Under the pieces are notes generated by a model. The model was not told the DNA's origin, did not search any database, and saw only the letters and a program-made list of their open reading frames with translations. A DNA stretch of 32,000 bases from NCBI RefSeq assembly GCF_000284455.1, contig NC_017039.1:300001-332000 (forward strand), read 5' to 3'. Of the stretch, positions 1 through 8,113 are shown in pieces (positions within the stretch are counted from its first letter, which is position 1; every line of letters begins with the position of its first letter). The position numbers were made by a program, and so were the translations under genes. The stretch is from Synechocystis sp. PCC 6803 substr. PCC-P (lineage in GTDB: Bacteria; Cyanobacteriota; Cyanobacteriia; Cyanobacteriales; Microcystaceae).

Positions 1-1
1 A

Positions 2-883
2 GAATTTTTGCGAGAAGGGTCGGCGGTTTACGATACGTTTAACCCGGACAGAATTGTGTTGGGGGGCAATAATCCCCAGGCCTTGGCTTTAATGCGGGAA
101 CTTTACACGCCCTTAATTGAAAGGCGGGTGGGGGAAAATCCTGAGCTGCCGCCGGTGCCGGTGGTGATGACGGACCTTAGTTCGGCGGAAATGATTAAGT
201 ATGCGGCCAATGCTTTTTTGGCTACCAAAATTAGTTTTATTAACGAGGTGGCCAATATCTGTGACCGGGTAGGGGCGGATGTGACCCAGGTGGCCCAGGG
301 CATTGGCTTGGATTCCCGTATCGGTAGTAAATTTCTTAATGCGGGCATTGGTTGGGGAGGTTCCTGTTTTCCGAAGGATGTGTCTGCGTTGATCCACACT
401 GCGAAGGACTATGGTTACACCACTTCAATTTTGAATGCCGTAGTGGAGGTAAACCAGGTACAACGGCTGATTGTGGTGGAAAAACTACAGCAGGAGTTAA
501 AAATCCTTAAAGGTAAGGTGATTGGCCTGTTGGGATTGACTTTTAAGCCGGATACGGATGATATGCGGGATGCTCCAGCCCTGAACATAATTCAACAACT
601 AAATCGTTTGGGAGCCAAGGTGAAAGCCTATGATCCGATTGTTTCCCAGTCTGGGGTAAGCCATGGTTTATCGGGGGTAAAAATTGAGTCGACCCCGGCT
701 ATGTTGGCGGACCAGTGTGATGCGTTAATTTTGGTGACGGAATGGCAGGAATTTTTAAAGCTAGATTTTCCTGTCCTGGCCAGCCGTATGCATCAGGCTG
801 TGATCATTGATGGTCGTAATTTCCTCGACAAGGAAAAATTGCAAGGGGCAGGATTCCGTTACCTAGGGGTTGGTCGTAGTTAG
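2..883 (+). CDS. ugd: UDP-glucose 6-dehydrogenase, C-terminal ~293 aa (5' end lies upstream of the window)
   Basis: The frame is open from the window edge; the TTG at 8 is an internal codon. Stop at 881-883. Carries the family catalytic-Cys motif GWGGSCFPKD and the C-terminal UDP-binding motif FKPDTDDMRDAP. Confidence 0.9.
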   Translation, partial: EFLREGSAVYDTFNPDRIVLGGNNPQALALMRELYTPLIERRVGENPELPPVPVVMTDLSSAEMIKYAANAFLATKISFINEVANICDRVGADVTQVAQGIGLDSRIGSKFLNAGIGWGGSCFPKDVSALIHTAKDYGYTTSILNAVVEVNQVQRLIVVEKLQQELKILKGKVIGLLGLTFKPDTDDMRDAPALNIIQQLNRLGAKVKAYDPIVSQSGVSHGLSGVKIESTPAMLADQCDALILVTEWQEFLKLDFPVLASRMHQAVIIDGRNFLDKEKLQGAGFRYLGVGRS

Positions 884-1109
884 GGCCATATTCAGCTCAA
901 AAGTTGATGGGGAATTAAACACCGCCAGATAAGTCCTAGTGACAATCTTGCCCAACTTCAATTCCCCCCCTATCTCCCACGGACAGTAGAAATAAACAAC
1001 GTTACAATTAGATACAATCATCGTTGTCAACCATAGGGATAAATGCCTTACCCTGGGCGTGTTTCACCATCACTGACGACGGCATAAAAATTGTCCCATT
1101 GTTTTTCCT

Positions 1110-2354
1110 ATGACCTTTGTAGCCGCTTCCATAACTGATAACCAATTCGATGTGGCGATCGCCGGGGGAGGCGTTGTGGGGCTGGTACTAGCGGCGGGTT
1201 TGCGTCATACGGGGCTGAAAATTGCCATTATCGAAGCTTTACCGAAGGAACAGGCCCTAACTAAGCCCCAGGCCTATGCCATTTCCCTGCTGTCGGGCAA
1301 AATCTTAGCGGGACTGGGGGTCTGGGAAAATATTAAGGACTCCATCGGTCATTTCGAACGCATCCAAATTTCCGATAATGACTATCGGGGTACCGTTCCC
1401 TTTGCCAAGGAAGATGTGGACGAACTGGCCCTGGGCCATGTGGCGGAGCATCCAGTCATTCTGCAGGCGCTGGAAAATTGTGTAGAGCAATGTCCCCGCA
1501 TTGCCTGGTTTCGTCCCGCTGAGTTGATCAGTTTTACGGCGGGAGAGAACCACAAACAGGTCACCCTACAACAGGAAGGCAGAGAAATTACCCTACAAAC
1601 CAAATTGTTGGTGGCGGCGGATGGAGCCCGTTCCCACACCCGTTCCCTGGCGGGGATTCAAACCAAGGGGTGGAAATATTGGCAATCCTGTGTGGCTTTC
1701 ACCATCCAGCATCAAGCCCCTGACAATACCACTGCCTTTGAGCGTTTTTGTGACACTGGTCCCATGGGGATTTTGCCCCTACCCGGCGATCGAGCCCAGA
1801 TTGTCTGGACCATGCCCCACCATAAGGCCCATACCCTAGTGAATCTACCGGAAGCGGATTTTATTACAGAACTGCGCCAACGCATTGGCGATCGCCTAGG
1901 GGAATTTCATTTAATTAATGCCCGCCGTTTATTTCCGGTGCAACTAATGCAGAGCGATTGTTATGTGCAACCCCGCTTGGCATTAGTGGGGGATGCGGCC
2001 CACTGTTGCCATCCGGTGGGGGGTCAGGGTTTAAATTTGGGCATTCGGGACGGAGCCGCCCTGGCCCAGGTTATTGCCACGGCCCACAGCCAAGGGGAAG
2101 ATTGGGGTTCCCTAGCAGTGCTGAAACGTTATGAACATTGGCGTAAACCAGAAAATTGGCTCATTTTGGGCTTCACTGACCTGCTAGATCGTTTCTTTTC
2201 CAGTCATTGGCTGCCGGCGATCGCCTTGAGAAGGTTTGGCCTAGAGGTATTGCGCCTAGTGCCTCCAGCGAAAAAGCTGGCCCTCCGTTTGATGACCGGT
2301 TTGCTCGGTCGGAAACCCCAATTGGCCACAGGGCAATCCTTAGTGAGTCAGTAG
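1110..2354 (+). CDS. ubiH: UbiH/UbiF/Coq6-family FAD-dependent aromatic hydroxylase (quinone biosynthesis type)
   Basis: 414-aa ORF with ATG start. N-terminal dinucleotide fold DVAIAGGGVVGLVLA, and the flavoprotein monooxygenase signature GDAAHCCHPVGGQGLNLGIRD. Confidence 0.85.
   Translation: MTFVAASITDNQFDVAIAGGGVVGLVLAAGLRHTGLKIAIIEALPKEQALTKPQAYAISLLSGKILAGLGVWENIKDSIGHFERIQISDNDYRGTVPFAKEDVDELALGHVAEHPVILQALENCVEQCPRIAWFRPAELISFTAGENHKQVTLQQEGREITLQTKLLVAADGARSHTRSLAGIQTKGWKYWQSCVAFTIQHQAPDNTTAFERFCDTGPMGILPLPGDRAQIVWTMPHHKAHTLVNLPEADFITELRQRIGDRLGEFHLINARRLFPVQLMQSDCYVQPRLALVGDAAHCCHPVGGQGLNLGIRDGAALAQVIATAHSQGEDWGSLAVLKRYEHWRKPENWLILGFTDLLDRFFSSHWLPAIALRRFGLEVLRLVPPAKKLALRLMTGLLGRKPQLATGQSLVSQ
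1155..1162. repeat. HIP1 octamer GCGATCGC
   Basis: Exact palindromic 8-mer read at this position. Confidence 0.9.
1888..1895. repeat. HIP1 octamer GCGATCGC
   Basis: Exact 8-mer. Confidence 0.9.
2217..2224. repeat. HIP1 octamer GCGATCGC
   Basis: Exact 8-mer. Confidence 0.9.
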
Positions 2355-2366
2355 CTCTAGGTATTC

Positions 2367-2789
2367 CTAGATAGTGAGGCGACGGGCAATCAAACTCCCC
2401 AGCAATACACCGATCGTCCCGATTCCTAAACTCCCTAAACCGTAGAGCACTCCCTGGCCCAACTGTCCCATACGCCAGAGGGAAGTCACTTCCAAGGCAT
2501 AGGTGGAAAAGGTGGTGTAAGAACCCAAAAATCCCACTGCTAAAAGCAACCTTAAATCCGGAGACATCAAGGCCGGTTGGGTCGCCAATGTCACCACCAG
2601 ACCCATACCCACACAACCGGAAAAATTAATTAAAAAAGTGGCATAGGGTAAATCGTTACCAAAAAGCCCGGCCAGAAAAATAGTGGCATAGTAGCGGGCC
2701 AACGCCCCCGGTATGGCTCCTAAAATAATTGCCAATGGCGACCTGAGAGAAGCTGGCATGGCCCCCAACCATTGCAATAAAGGATTCAT
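2367..2789 (-). CDS. crcB: Fluoride channel CrcB/FluC
   Basis: 140-aa polytopic membrane ORF. CrcB hallmarks are present: GALARY, ATFLINFSGC and GFLGSYTTFSTY. Its ATG overlaps the upstream stop as ATGA. Confidence 0.85.
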   Translation of the reverse strand: MNPLLQWLGAMPASLRSPLAIILGAIPGALARYYATIFLAGLFGNDLPYATFLINFSGCVGMGLVVTLATQPALMSPDLRLLLAVGFLGSYTTFSTYALEVTSLWRMGQLGQGVLYGLGSLGIGTIGVLLGSLIARRLTI

Positions 2790-3064
2790 ACAAGATCGTC
2801 AAAATCGAATTCCCGGTCTAATTGTTGTTGGGAAGGGACTCCCCGCCGACGATTACCACCGGGTAACGGGGCCAACAAACTACCTACCACCAGTCCCCCG
2901 GCCAAGGAAAATACCAACAGCAGACCCACCGGCATCTCAATAGACTGCAATGTCAAAAAACTCAGGGCCACAGGGGTGACATTTTGGATAGTCAATAATG
3001 CCAGGGATATTAACCCCAAAGCTAAAACCATGGCGATCGCCAATTGACTCATGCGACGTAGCAT
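2786..3064 (-). CDS. Small two-TM membrane protein, LapA/DUF1049-like
   Basis: The ORF is open to 3190, but the first ATG (MLRRMSQLAIAMVLALGLISL...) is at 3064. It has two hydrophobic helices and a charged tail (RRRGVPSQQQLDREFDFDDLV). The stop overlaps the crcB start by 4 nt. The start site is uncertain (3064, 3052 or 3190). Confidence 0.6.
   Translation of the reverse strand: MLRRMSQLAIAMVLALGLISLALLTIQNVTPVALSFLTLQSIEMPVGLLLVFSLAGGLVVGSLLAPLPGGNRRRGVPSQQQLDREFDFDDLV
3033..3040. repeat. HIP1 octamer GCGATCGC
   Basis: Exact 8-mer. Confidence 0.9.
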
Positions 3065-3423
3065 CCAACGAAAACTCCCCTCTGCGGTCGGCTCCACTCC
3101 CCAAGGATAGCTCAAAAGCCAGCCCAAGCCGTTCCCATTACCCCCAAGCTGAAACCACCAACCCTTGCCACTGCAGAAAAAATCGAGCATTCTGGATTAT
3201 GAGGATTACGGTTAAAATAGTTGGCCGTCAGCCACGGCGACAACGGTGGCAGCAAGAGTAATAAAAAACAACACCAGTGGACTTGCCCTATTCCACTTTT
3301 TTCCATGTTCATCCCCCCAAAGATGGGACTGACATGCCCTGAAGAGAGCCCTATGGTGGTAGTAGAGCAGTCAAAGCTCTAATTTGGTCTCGGTGTGTTA
3401 GGACGTGTCAAGGAGAGAAGCTG

Positions 3424-3621
3424 ATGAAATTACAGCATCCCAAACCCCACAATTCTGTCCGTCGGGCGCTGCGCTCTTGGGCCGGCCCCTTGGCGATCGC
3501 CCTAGTGATGATCATTGGCCTGGAAACGGCGGCCACAGCGGCTTTTTCTAGTCTCGAGGAACATACCGTTGTTTATAACGGCAAATGCCCCGGTGACAGG
3601 GACGATGACTGTAGGGACTAA
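3424..3621 (+). CDS. Hypothetical small membrane-anchored protein (65 aa)
   Basis: ATG is preceded by AAGGAG at 3410-3415 (8-nt spacing). Basic N-terminus, one TM/signal-anchor (WAGPLAIALVMIIGL), and an acidic Cys-flanked tail CPGDRDDDC. No family recognised. Confidence 0.4.
   Translation: MKLQHPKPHNSVRRALRSWAGPLAIALVMIIGLETAATAAFSSLEEHTVVYNGKCPGDRDDDCRD
3493..3500. repeat. HIP1 octamer GCGATCGC
   Basis: Exact 8-mer. Confidence 0.9.
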
Positions 3622-3727
3622 GCAGACAATTGTCCGTTGGTTAAGGACACTGGTTGACTAATAAACCGGTAATTAATCCTAGCTAGCGGACCATTAGCTT
3701 AGTCTTCTACCACTTATTACTAAGGGC

Positions 3728-3763
3728 AGGCGAGGGAAAATCTCCTTCACCTCCTTTTTTTTT
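3728..3763 (+). terminator. Candidate intrinsic terminator (imperfect hairpin plus T9)
   Basis: AGG-C-GAGG (3728-3735) can pair with CCTT-CA-CCT (3744-3752) over an 8-nt loop. Nine consecutive T follow at 3755-3763. The stem is weak (7 bp including one G-U pair, interrupted by an internal loop). Confidence 0.35.
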
Positions 3764-3938
3764 GACAATTTTTGCCAGTGTGGAGGCAAAATAGAAGCAG
3801 TTTGGTCAGATTTTCCTCTAATTACTCCAGGGGTAAGCTAAAAAAATTCCCGCGGTCCTGCCCATCGGCGGGCTTAAGATTAAAATAAAGCGAGAACTTT
3901 CCCGACAAAATCGTCTCCACTGCTCAGGACAACGACTT

Positions 3939-5546
3939 GTGCTCTATCTGGCTGAAATTAAGAAACAAACCAAAAACTTTTTAGGCGGTTACAAAACCGA
4001 GTTAAAACTTCTGGCCTGTCAGCACAGTGATCAGACCTGGAGTGCCCTGCCTAACGAAGAAAACTTCCAAACCGACGACATGGGAGAAGCCAGGGAGGGA
4101 ACCCTATGGATCCTAAACCTGAGTAATAGTCGCTCCCTACAAGGGACTCCAGAAGTAGCGGCGCCAGAGTTAGTGCGGCAGTTGCAAAAACTGTCCCGCC
4201 TCTCGGAAAAACTCAAGGAACAACAGAGCGAAATTGAACGTTGGCGAGAATCCCTCACTTTTCAGTTCCAAGAACTGAGCCAGCGAGAAATGGAAATTGA
4301 AGCGAAGGAGTCGGAGGTTGAAGACCGAGCCAATCAGCTTGCCCAGGTGGAACAGCAAAGATATGAGGTGGAGCAGGCCCGACAAAGGTTAGAAGGGGAA
4401 AGAGAACAATTGACCGAACTCCAACAGCAGTTTGGCAGTTTGCTGGAAAATAGTGCTGAAAATCGGGAAGTGTTACAGGGCATACTCCACCGGTTAGGAG
4501 CTTACCCGGAAGCTATCCCCGCCCTATTTACGGCCGCAGCCAATGCCCAGCAAAGCACCGACCAACAACAACAGATCTTTAATGACCATTGGCAGATGGT
4601 TACCAGTGCAGAACAGGAGTTGGGACGGAACCAAGCATTAATTCAGCAAAAACAGGAATTATTGGTCATCCATGGGCAGGAATTGGATGCCATCGCCCAA
4701 GAATTAGCTAAAGCGAAAGTTCAACTAACAGTGGAACAGGAGGGGGTGGTTAATGGCCAAAAGCTCCTGACCCAATTGAAAGCTGAAATTGCGGCCGCTG
4801 AAAGCTTACAAACCAATCTCTATCGATTGGCCACCGGCGCAATGAGTGTCGATAAAGACCATCAAATTGATGTGCAACATCTGGAACAATTGCCCCTGGG
4901 GGAACTGGAGGAAACCGTTAAAGCATTGCAAACTGATATGCAAAAATTAGCCCGCTTTGTTAACGATCAAGAGGAAGAGTTAACTCTGCAATGCGAAGAA
5001 GTGGAAGCTATCCAAGCCCGCCTAGAAGCCGCCGATGAGTATAGTCGTCTCACCATTGAGGAGGAGTTAAACGAAGAGCAGGAAAGGAAGCGCATGCTGG
5101 ACGAAACCCTGATTGGGCAGCGCCGCAACCTCAAGGAGCGCCAGGAAGTGTTGTTGCAACATCTCAAAATTCTTCGTCGTCGCCAGGGCATTGTGGAAAT
5201 TGACGACAGTATTCCCAACATTGATTTGGATCCGGTTATCCAACAATTGGAGGGGCGCAAGCATAAACTCCAGGAGGAAAAAAATAAGCTGGAACAAAAT
5301 TTGCAGTCCACTAGGCAGGGTTTGGCAGAAATTGAAACCATGATTGCTAGTCTCGACCAGCAGTACCAGGCGAAAAAGACTAATTTTGAGCAAAACCGTC
5401 GGGAAGTGGAAGATTTACAGAAACAGACAGCGGCGCTAGAAGCCCAGGGTCGTTTGTTGAGGGCAGCTTTGCAACCTCTGCAGGATCAGTTGGATGTAAT
5501 GAAACCCCGGTTGCAGGAAATGCAGACCCTATTGTTTGGCGGTTAG
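3939..5546 (+). CDS. Coiled-coil-rich protein, HmpF/Slr1301-like (type IV pilus motility associated)
   Basis: 535-aa ORF with GTG start. A globular N-terminus of about 95 aa (MLYLAEIKKQTKNF...) is followed by about 430 aa of Q/E/L/R-rich heptad-like sequence. From memory it matches the cyanobacterial HmpF family. Confidence 0.75.
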   Translation: MLYLAEIKKQTKNFLGGYKTELKLLACQHSDQTWSALPNEENFQTDDMGEAREGTLWILNLSNSRSLQGTPEVAAPELVRQLQKLSRLSEKLKEQQSEIERWRESLTFQFQELSQREMEIEAKESEVEDRANQLAQVEQQRYEVEQARQRLEGEREQLTELQQQFGSLLENSAENREVLQGILHRLGAYPEAIPALFTAAANAQQSTDQQQQIFNDHWQMVTSAEQELGRNQALIQQKQELLVIHGQELDAIAQELAKAKVQLTVEQEGVVNGQKLLTQLKAEIAAAESLQTNLYRLATGAMSVDKDHQIDVQHLEQLPLGELEETVKALQTDMQKLARFVNDQEEELTLQCEEVEAIQARLEAADEYSRLTIEEELNEEQERKRMLDETLIGQRRNLKERQEVLLQHLKILRRRQGIVEIDDSIPNIDLDPVIQQLEGRKHKLQEEKNKLEQNLQSTRQGLAEIETMIASLDQQYQAKKTNFEQNRREVEDLQKQTAALEAQGRLLRAALQPLQDQLDVMKPRLQEMQTLLFGG

Positions 5547-5675
5547 TTGGGTTGGTTGCCGACTTCCATCGATTGGGGCTGAAGAAATTTCCTTGTGCCC
5601 TGGCATTCTGGCCTGGATTGCTGGGATAATGGCCTCTATTATGGGCTTTTGTATCGAAACCATAGTTCTGAAGTT

Positions 5676-6824
5676 ATGACCCAAACCTCCCTCGCCCCGT
5701 CCCGTCATCCCCTCAGAGGATATATTCAAAATCTAGAGGCGGGGCAGGCCCTGTTGGTGGATTCCCCGGCTAACACGCTGGAAGTGGTGGGCATCCTCAA
5801 AAGCTATGGTGTGATCCTCGATGCCTATTCCATCAATCTGCAACACATTGCCCATACCCAGTATCTGAAGTTATTTCCCTTTTTTAAATATTTCAACGGT
5901 AATGTCAATGGCGATCGCCTATTGAAACATTGGTGGCACAATCGCATTAACTACGAGTATGCAGAATATTGCATGAAGGCAATGATGTGGCATGGAGGGG
6001 GAAAATTGGATGAATATCTAGACAGTGCCGAGTTTAAAGCCAATGTTAAAAAGTTAATTAAAGCGAAAATCAAAGGCAATCCTTTTTTGCAATTACTTAA
6101 CCAGATTTTTCCCGAATTTTTGCCGGAACAAATGCGAATGATGGCCTATTATTCCGCCTTGGGTCAATTCTGGCGGGTGATGGCGGATATGTTTTTGAAT
6201 TTATCTGACCGCCATGACCGGGGAGAAATCAAAACCATTCCTGATGTGGTGCAACATATCCAAGACGGCCTAGTGGCCGATGCCGCCCGCCCCATTATTT
6301 ACCGGGTGGAGTTGGGGGGAACTACCTACGATGTTTTGCCCCCCAGTGCCAATTTAGCTTTTTTGATGGAAACCGCAGTGCCCTACGTGGAGGCGGTGTT
6401 TTTCCGGGGTACTCCTTTCCCTGGCACCATTTCCTACAATGCCCAAGCGGGACAGATTCCCCCTGACCAAAGCCTGTTTACCTATGGGGCCCTCTATGCC
6501 GATCCCCTCCCCGTTGGTGGAGCTGGCATTCCCCCCACCTTGCTAATGCAGGATATGCGCCACTTTTTGCCGGACTATCTCCGACGGGTTTATCAGGCAT
6601 CCCTACGGCAGGAAGGGGATTTACTGGTGCAAATTTGTGAAAGTTTTCAAAAATCAATGTTTTGTGTCACCACCGCGGCCATTCGTGGTTTAGCACCCTA
6701 TCCCCTGGAGACCGATAATCCCCAGGAACAGGAGACTAACCGAGCTTACCTGGAAAGTTGGATGAATCGTTTTCTCACTTCCCGGGTGGAGATTATTAAC
6801 CAACCCTCAACCATGGCCGATTAG
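5676..6824 (+). CDS. cupB: CO2-hydration protein CupB/ChpX (NDH-1 associated, low-affinity CO2 uptake)
   Basis: The ORF is open from 5595, but the first ATG (MTQTSLAPSRHPL) is at 5676. ChpXY-family sequence runs throughout (LEVVGILKSYGVILDAYSINL, FPFFKYF, YSALGQFWRVMADMF). The resulting length of about 382 aa fits ChpX rather than the longer ChpY. Confidence 0.85.
   Translation: MTQTSLAPSRHPLRGYIQNLEAGQALLVDSPANTLEVVGILKSYGVILDAYSINLQHIAHTQYLKLFPFFKYFNGNVNGDRLLKHWWHNRINYEYAEYCMKAMMWHGGGKLDEYLDSAEFKANVKKLIKAKIKGNPFLQLLNQIFPEFLPEQMRMMAYYSALGQFWRVMADMFLNLSDRHDRGEIKTIPDVVQHIQDGLVADAARPIIYRVELGGTTYDVLPPSANLAFLMETAVPYVEAVFFRGTPFPGTISYNAQAGQIPPDQSLFTYGALYADPLPVGGAGIPPTLLMQDMRHFLPDYLRRVYQASLRQEGDLLVQICESFQKSMFCVTTAAIRGLAPYPLETDNPQEQETNRAYLESWMNRFLTSRVEIINQPSTMAD
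5911..5918. repeat. HIP1 octamer GCGATCGC
   Basis: Exact 8-mer. Confidence 0.9.
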
Positions 6825-6843
6825 CCGGCTCTCCATCAGCACT

Positions 6844-8076
6844 GTGGTTGAAAATCTTGAAACTATTGACCAAGCAATGGAGCGGTGTCGCACAGAAACT
6901 CTCCGCCTGTTGCACCGCATTCCCCCAACCCTAGGCGATCGCCAATGGCACCCAGATTTCAGCCCCATTGATTGGCACTTTGGTCACATTGCCTTTACCG
7001 AAGCCCTTTGGCTATTGCCGGAGCAGGAGCGGAAAAAATTTCATACCCCGTCTTACCAAAAATTGTTCCGAGCCGATGGTTTATCGAAATCGGAACGCTG
7101 TGCATTACCTAGCCGTGGAGTTATTGAGCAATATTTAGGGGAAGTTAGGGCCTCTGTGAAGCAGGTCTGGGGATCGACTGATCGATCCTGGGACCGAGCC
7201 CAAGCAAGGTTAAGGTGGTGGCTCCTACAACACGAAGTCCAACATAGTGAAACCATTAGTTTTTTAAGTCATTTAGCCGGAATTGATTTAGGGGTTAATA
7301 GCCAAATCCCTGGGGACGAATGCCCAGAACCAGTGCTGGAGGCAACCATGGTGCCTATTCCCGCTGGAGGTTTTTACCAAGGCAGTGAGCAAATATGGGC
7401 CCAGGACAACGAACGCCCCGTCCATTGGGTCGAAGTAGAACAGTTCTGGCTAGATAAATACCCAGTTACCCAGGCCCAATACCAACAATTTATCGATGCT
7501 GGTGGTTATCAACAAAGTAAATACTGGACAGAAGCCGGTTGGCAATGGCGATCGATGGCGAACGTCACAGCACCGCTTTATTGGCACCCCGAAAGTAATA
7601 CCCAGAACCATCCCGTCTACGGAGTCAGTGCCTACGAAGCGGAAGCTTATGCCAATTTTGTGGGTAAACGTTTACCCACAGAGCAGGAATGGGAAAGGGC
7701 CGCCCGTTGGTCTGGTCAGCATAACTCCAGCACCTATCCCTGGGAGGAAACTTTGCCAACCAAAGAGCAATGTAACTTTAATAATCACCGTGGGCGCACA
7801 ACCCCTGTCCATTATTATGACCAGGGTCGTAATCAAGGGGGCTGTTATGACCTGTTGGGCAACGTATGGGAATGGACAGCTTCTACTTTCGAGCCCTACG
7901 ACAATTTTCAACCCTATCCCTATCGGGGTTACTCCCAAGCCTATTTTGATGGGGAACATCGGGTGATGCGGGGCGGCAGTTGGGCCACCCGTAGTTGGGG
8001 CTTAAGGGCCAGCTTTCGCAATTGGTACCATCCTTGGACTAGACAAGTTTTGGTCGGTTTTCGTTGTGCCAGTTAA
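6844..8076 (+). CDS. EgtB-like non-heme iron sulfoxide synthase (DinB_2 N-domain plus FGE-sulfatase C-domain)
   Basis: The N-domain has His ligand candidates WHFGHIAF and LLQHEVQHSE. The C-domain has FGE-type motifs (YPVTQAQYQQF, NVWEWT, RVMRGGSW). GTG start at 6844, with an alternative ATG at 6877. Confidence 0.75.
   Translation: MVENLETIDQAMERCRTETLRLLHRIPPTLGDRQWHPDFSPIDWHFGHIAFTEALWLLPEQERKKFHTPSYQKLFRADGLSKSERCALPSRGVIEQYLGEVRASVKQVWGSTDRSWDRAQARLRWWLLQHEVQHSETISFLSHLAGIDLGVNSQIPGDECPEPVLEATMVPIPAGGFYQGSEQIWAQDNERPVHWVEVEQFWLDKYPVTQAQYQQFIDAGGYQQSKYWTEAGWQWRSMANVTAPLYWHPESNTQNHPVYGVSAYEAEAYANFVGKRLPTEQEWERAARWSGQHNSSTYPWEETLPTKEQCNFNNHRGRTTPVHYYDQGRNQGGCYDLLGNVWEWTASTFEPYDNFQPYPYRGYSQAYFDGEHRVMRGGSWATRSWGLRASFRNWYHPWTRQVLVGFRCAS
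6935..6942. repeat. HIP1 octamer GCGATCGC
   Basis: Exact 8-mer. Confidence 0.9.
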
Positions 8077-8113
8077 GCTTCAGCAGAAATGTCATCAAAC
8101 TATTTTTTTACTG

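Noticed and set aside
3112-3312. 66-aa minus-strand ORF (MNMEKSGIGQVHWCCFLLLLL...) upstream of and overlapping the LapA-like ORF, preceded by GGGGGGA.
   Set aside because: It overlaps the extended frame of the downstream gene and has a Leu/Pro-run composition with no recognisable fold. It could be a leader peptide, but the sequence gives no support beyond an SD-like G-run.
3065-3423. Possible fluoride riboswitch in the leader of the LapA-like/crcB operon (minus strand).
   Set aside because: I read the reverse complement and found no match to the conserved crcB-motif core or its pseudoknot arrangement. A covariance-model search would be decisive.
5622-5630. Extended -10-like element TGGGATAAT upstream of cupB. 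Also other hexamer pairs: TTGACA at 3762-3767, TTGACC at 21596-21601, TAGAAT near 9570.
   Set aside because: None has a properly spaced partner hexamer (the spacings I measured were 8, 19-26 nt). Promoter calls from sequence alone would be guesses, so TSS data are needed.
5595-5675. N-terminal extensions implied by the ORF track at non-ATG or far-upstream starts (5595, 23682, 12240, 15130, 15802, 17978, 29187, 29527, 9430, 3190).
   Set aside because: In each case an ATG with a purine-rich SD-like sequence lies a few to about 40 codons downstream. The family-conserved sequence begins there, and the extensions look non-coding (for example MPWHSGLDCWDNGLYYGLLYRNHSSEV).
8077-8113. Bidirectional terminator between the convergent EgtB-like gene and glcE (AGCAG...CTGCT flanking a T7 run).
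   Set aside because: The stem is only 5 bp with a 23-nt loop, which is too weak to call.
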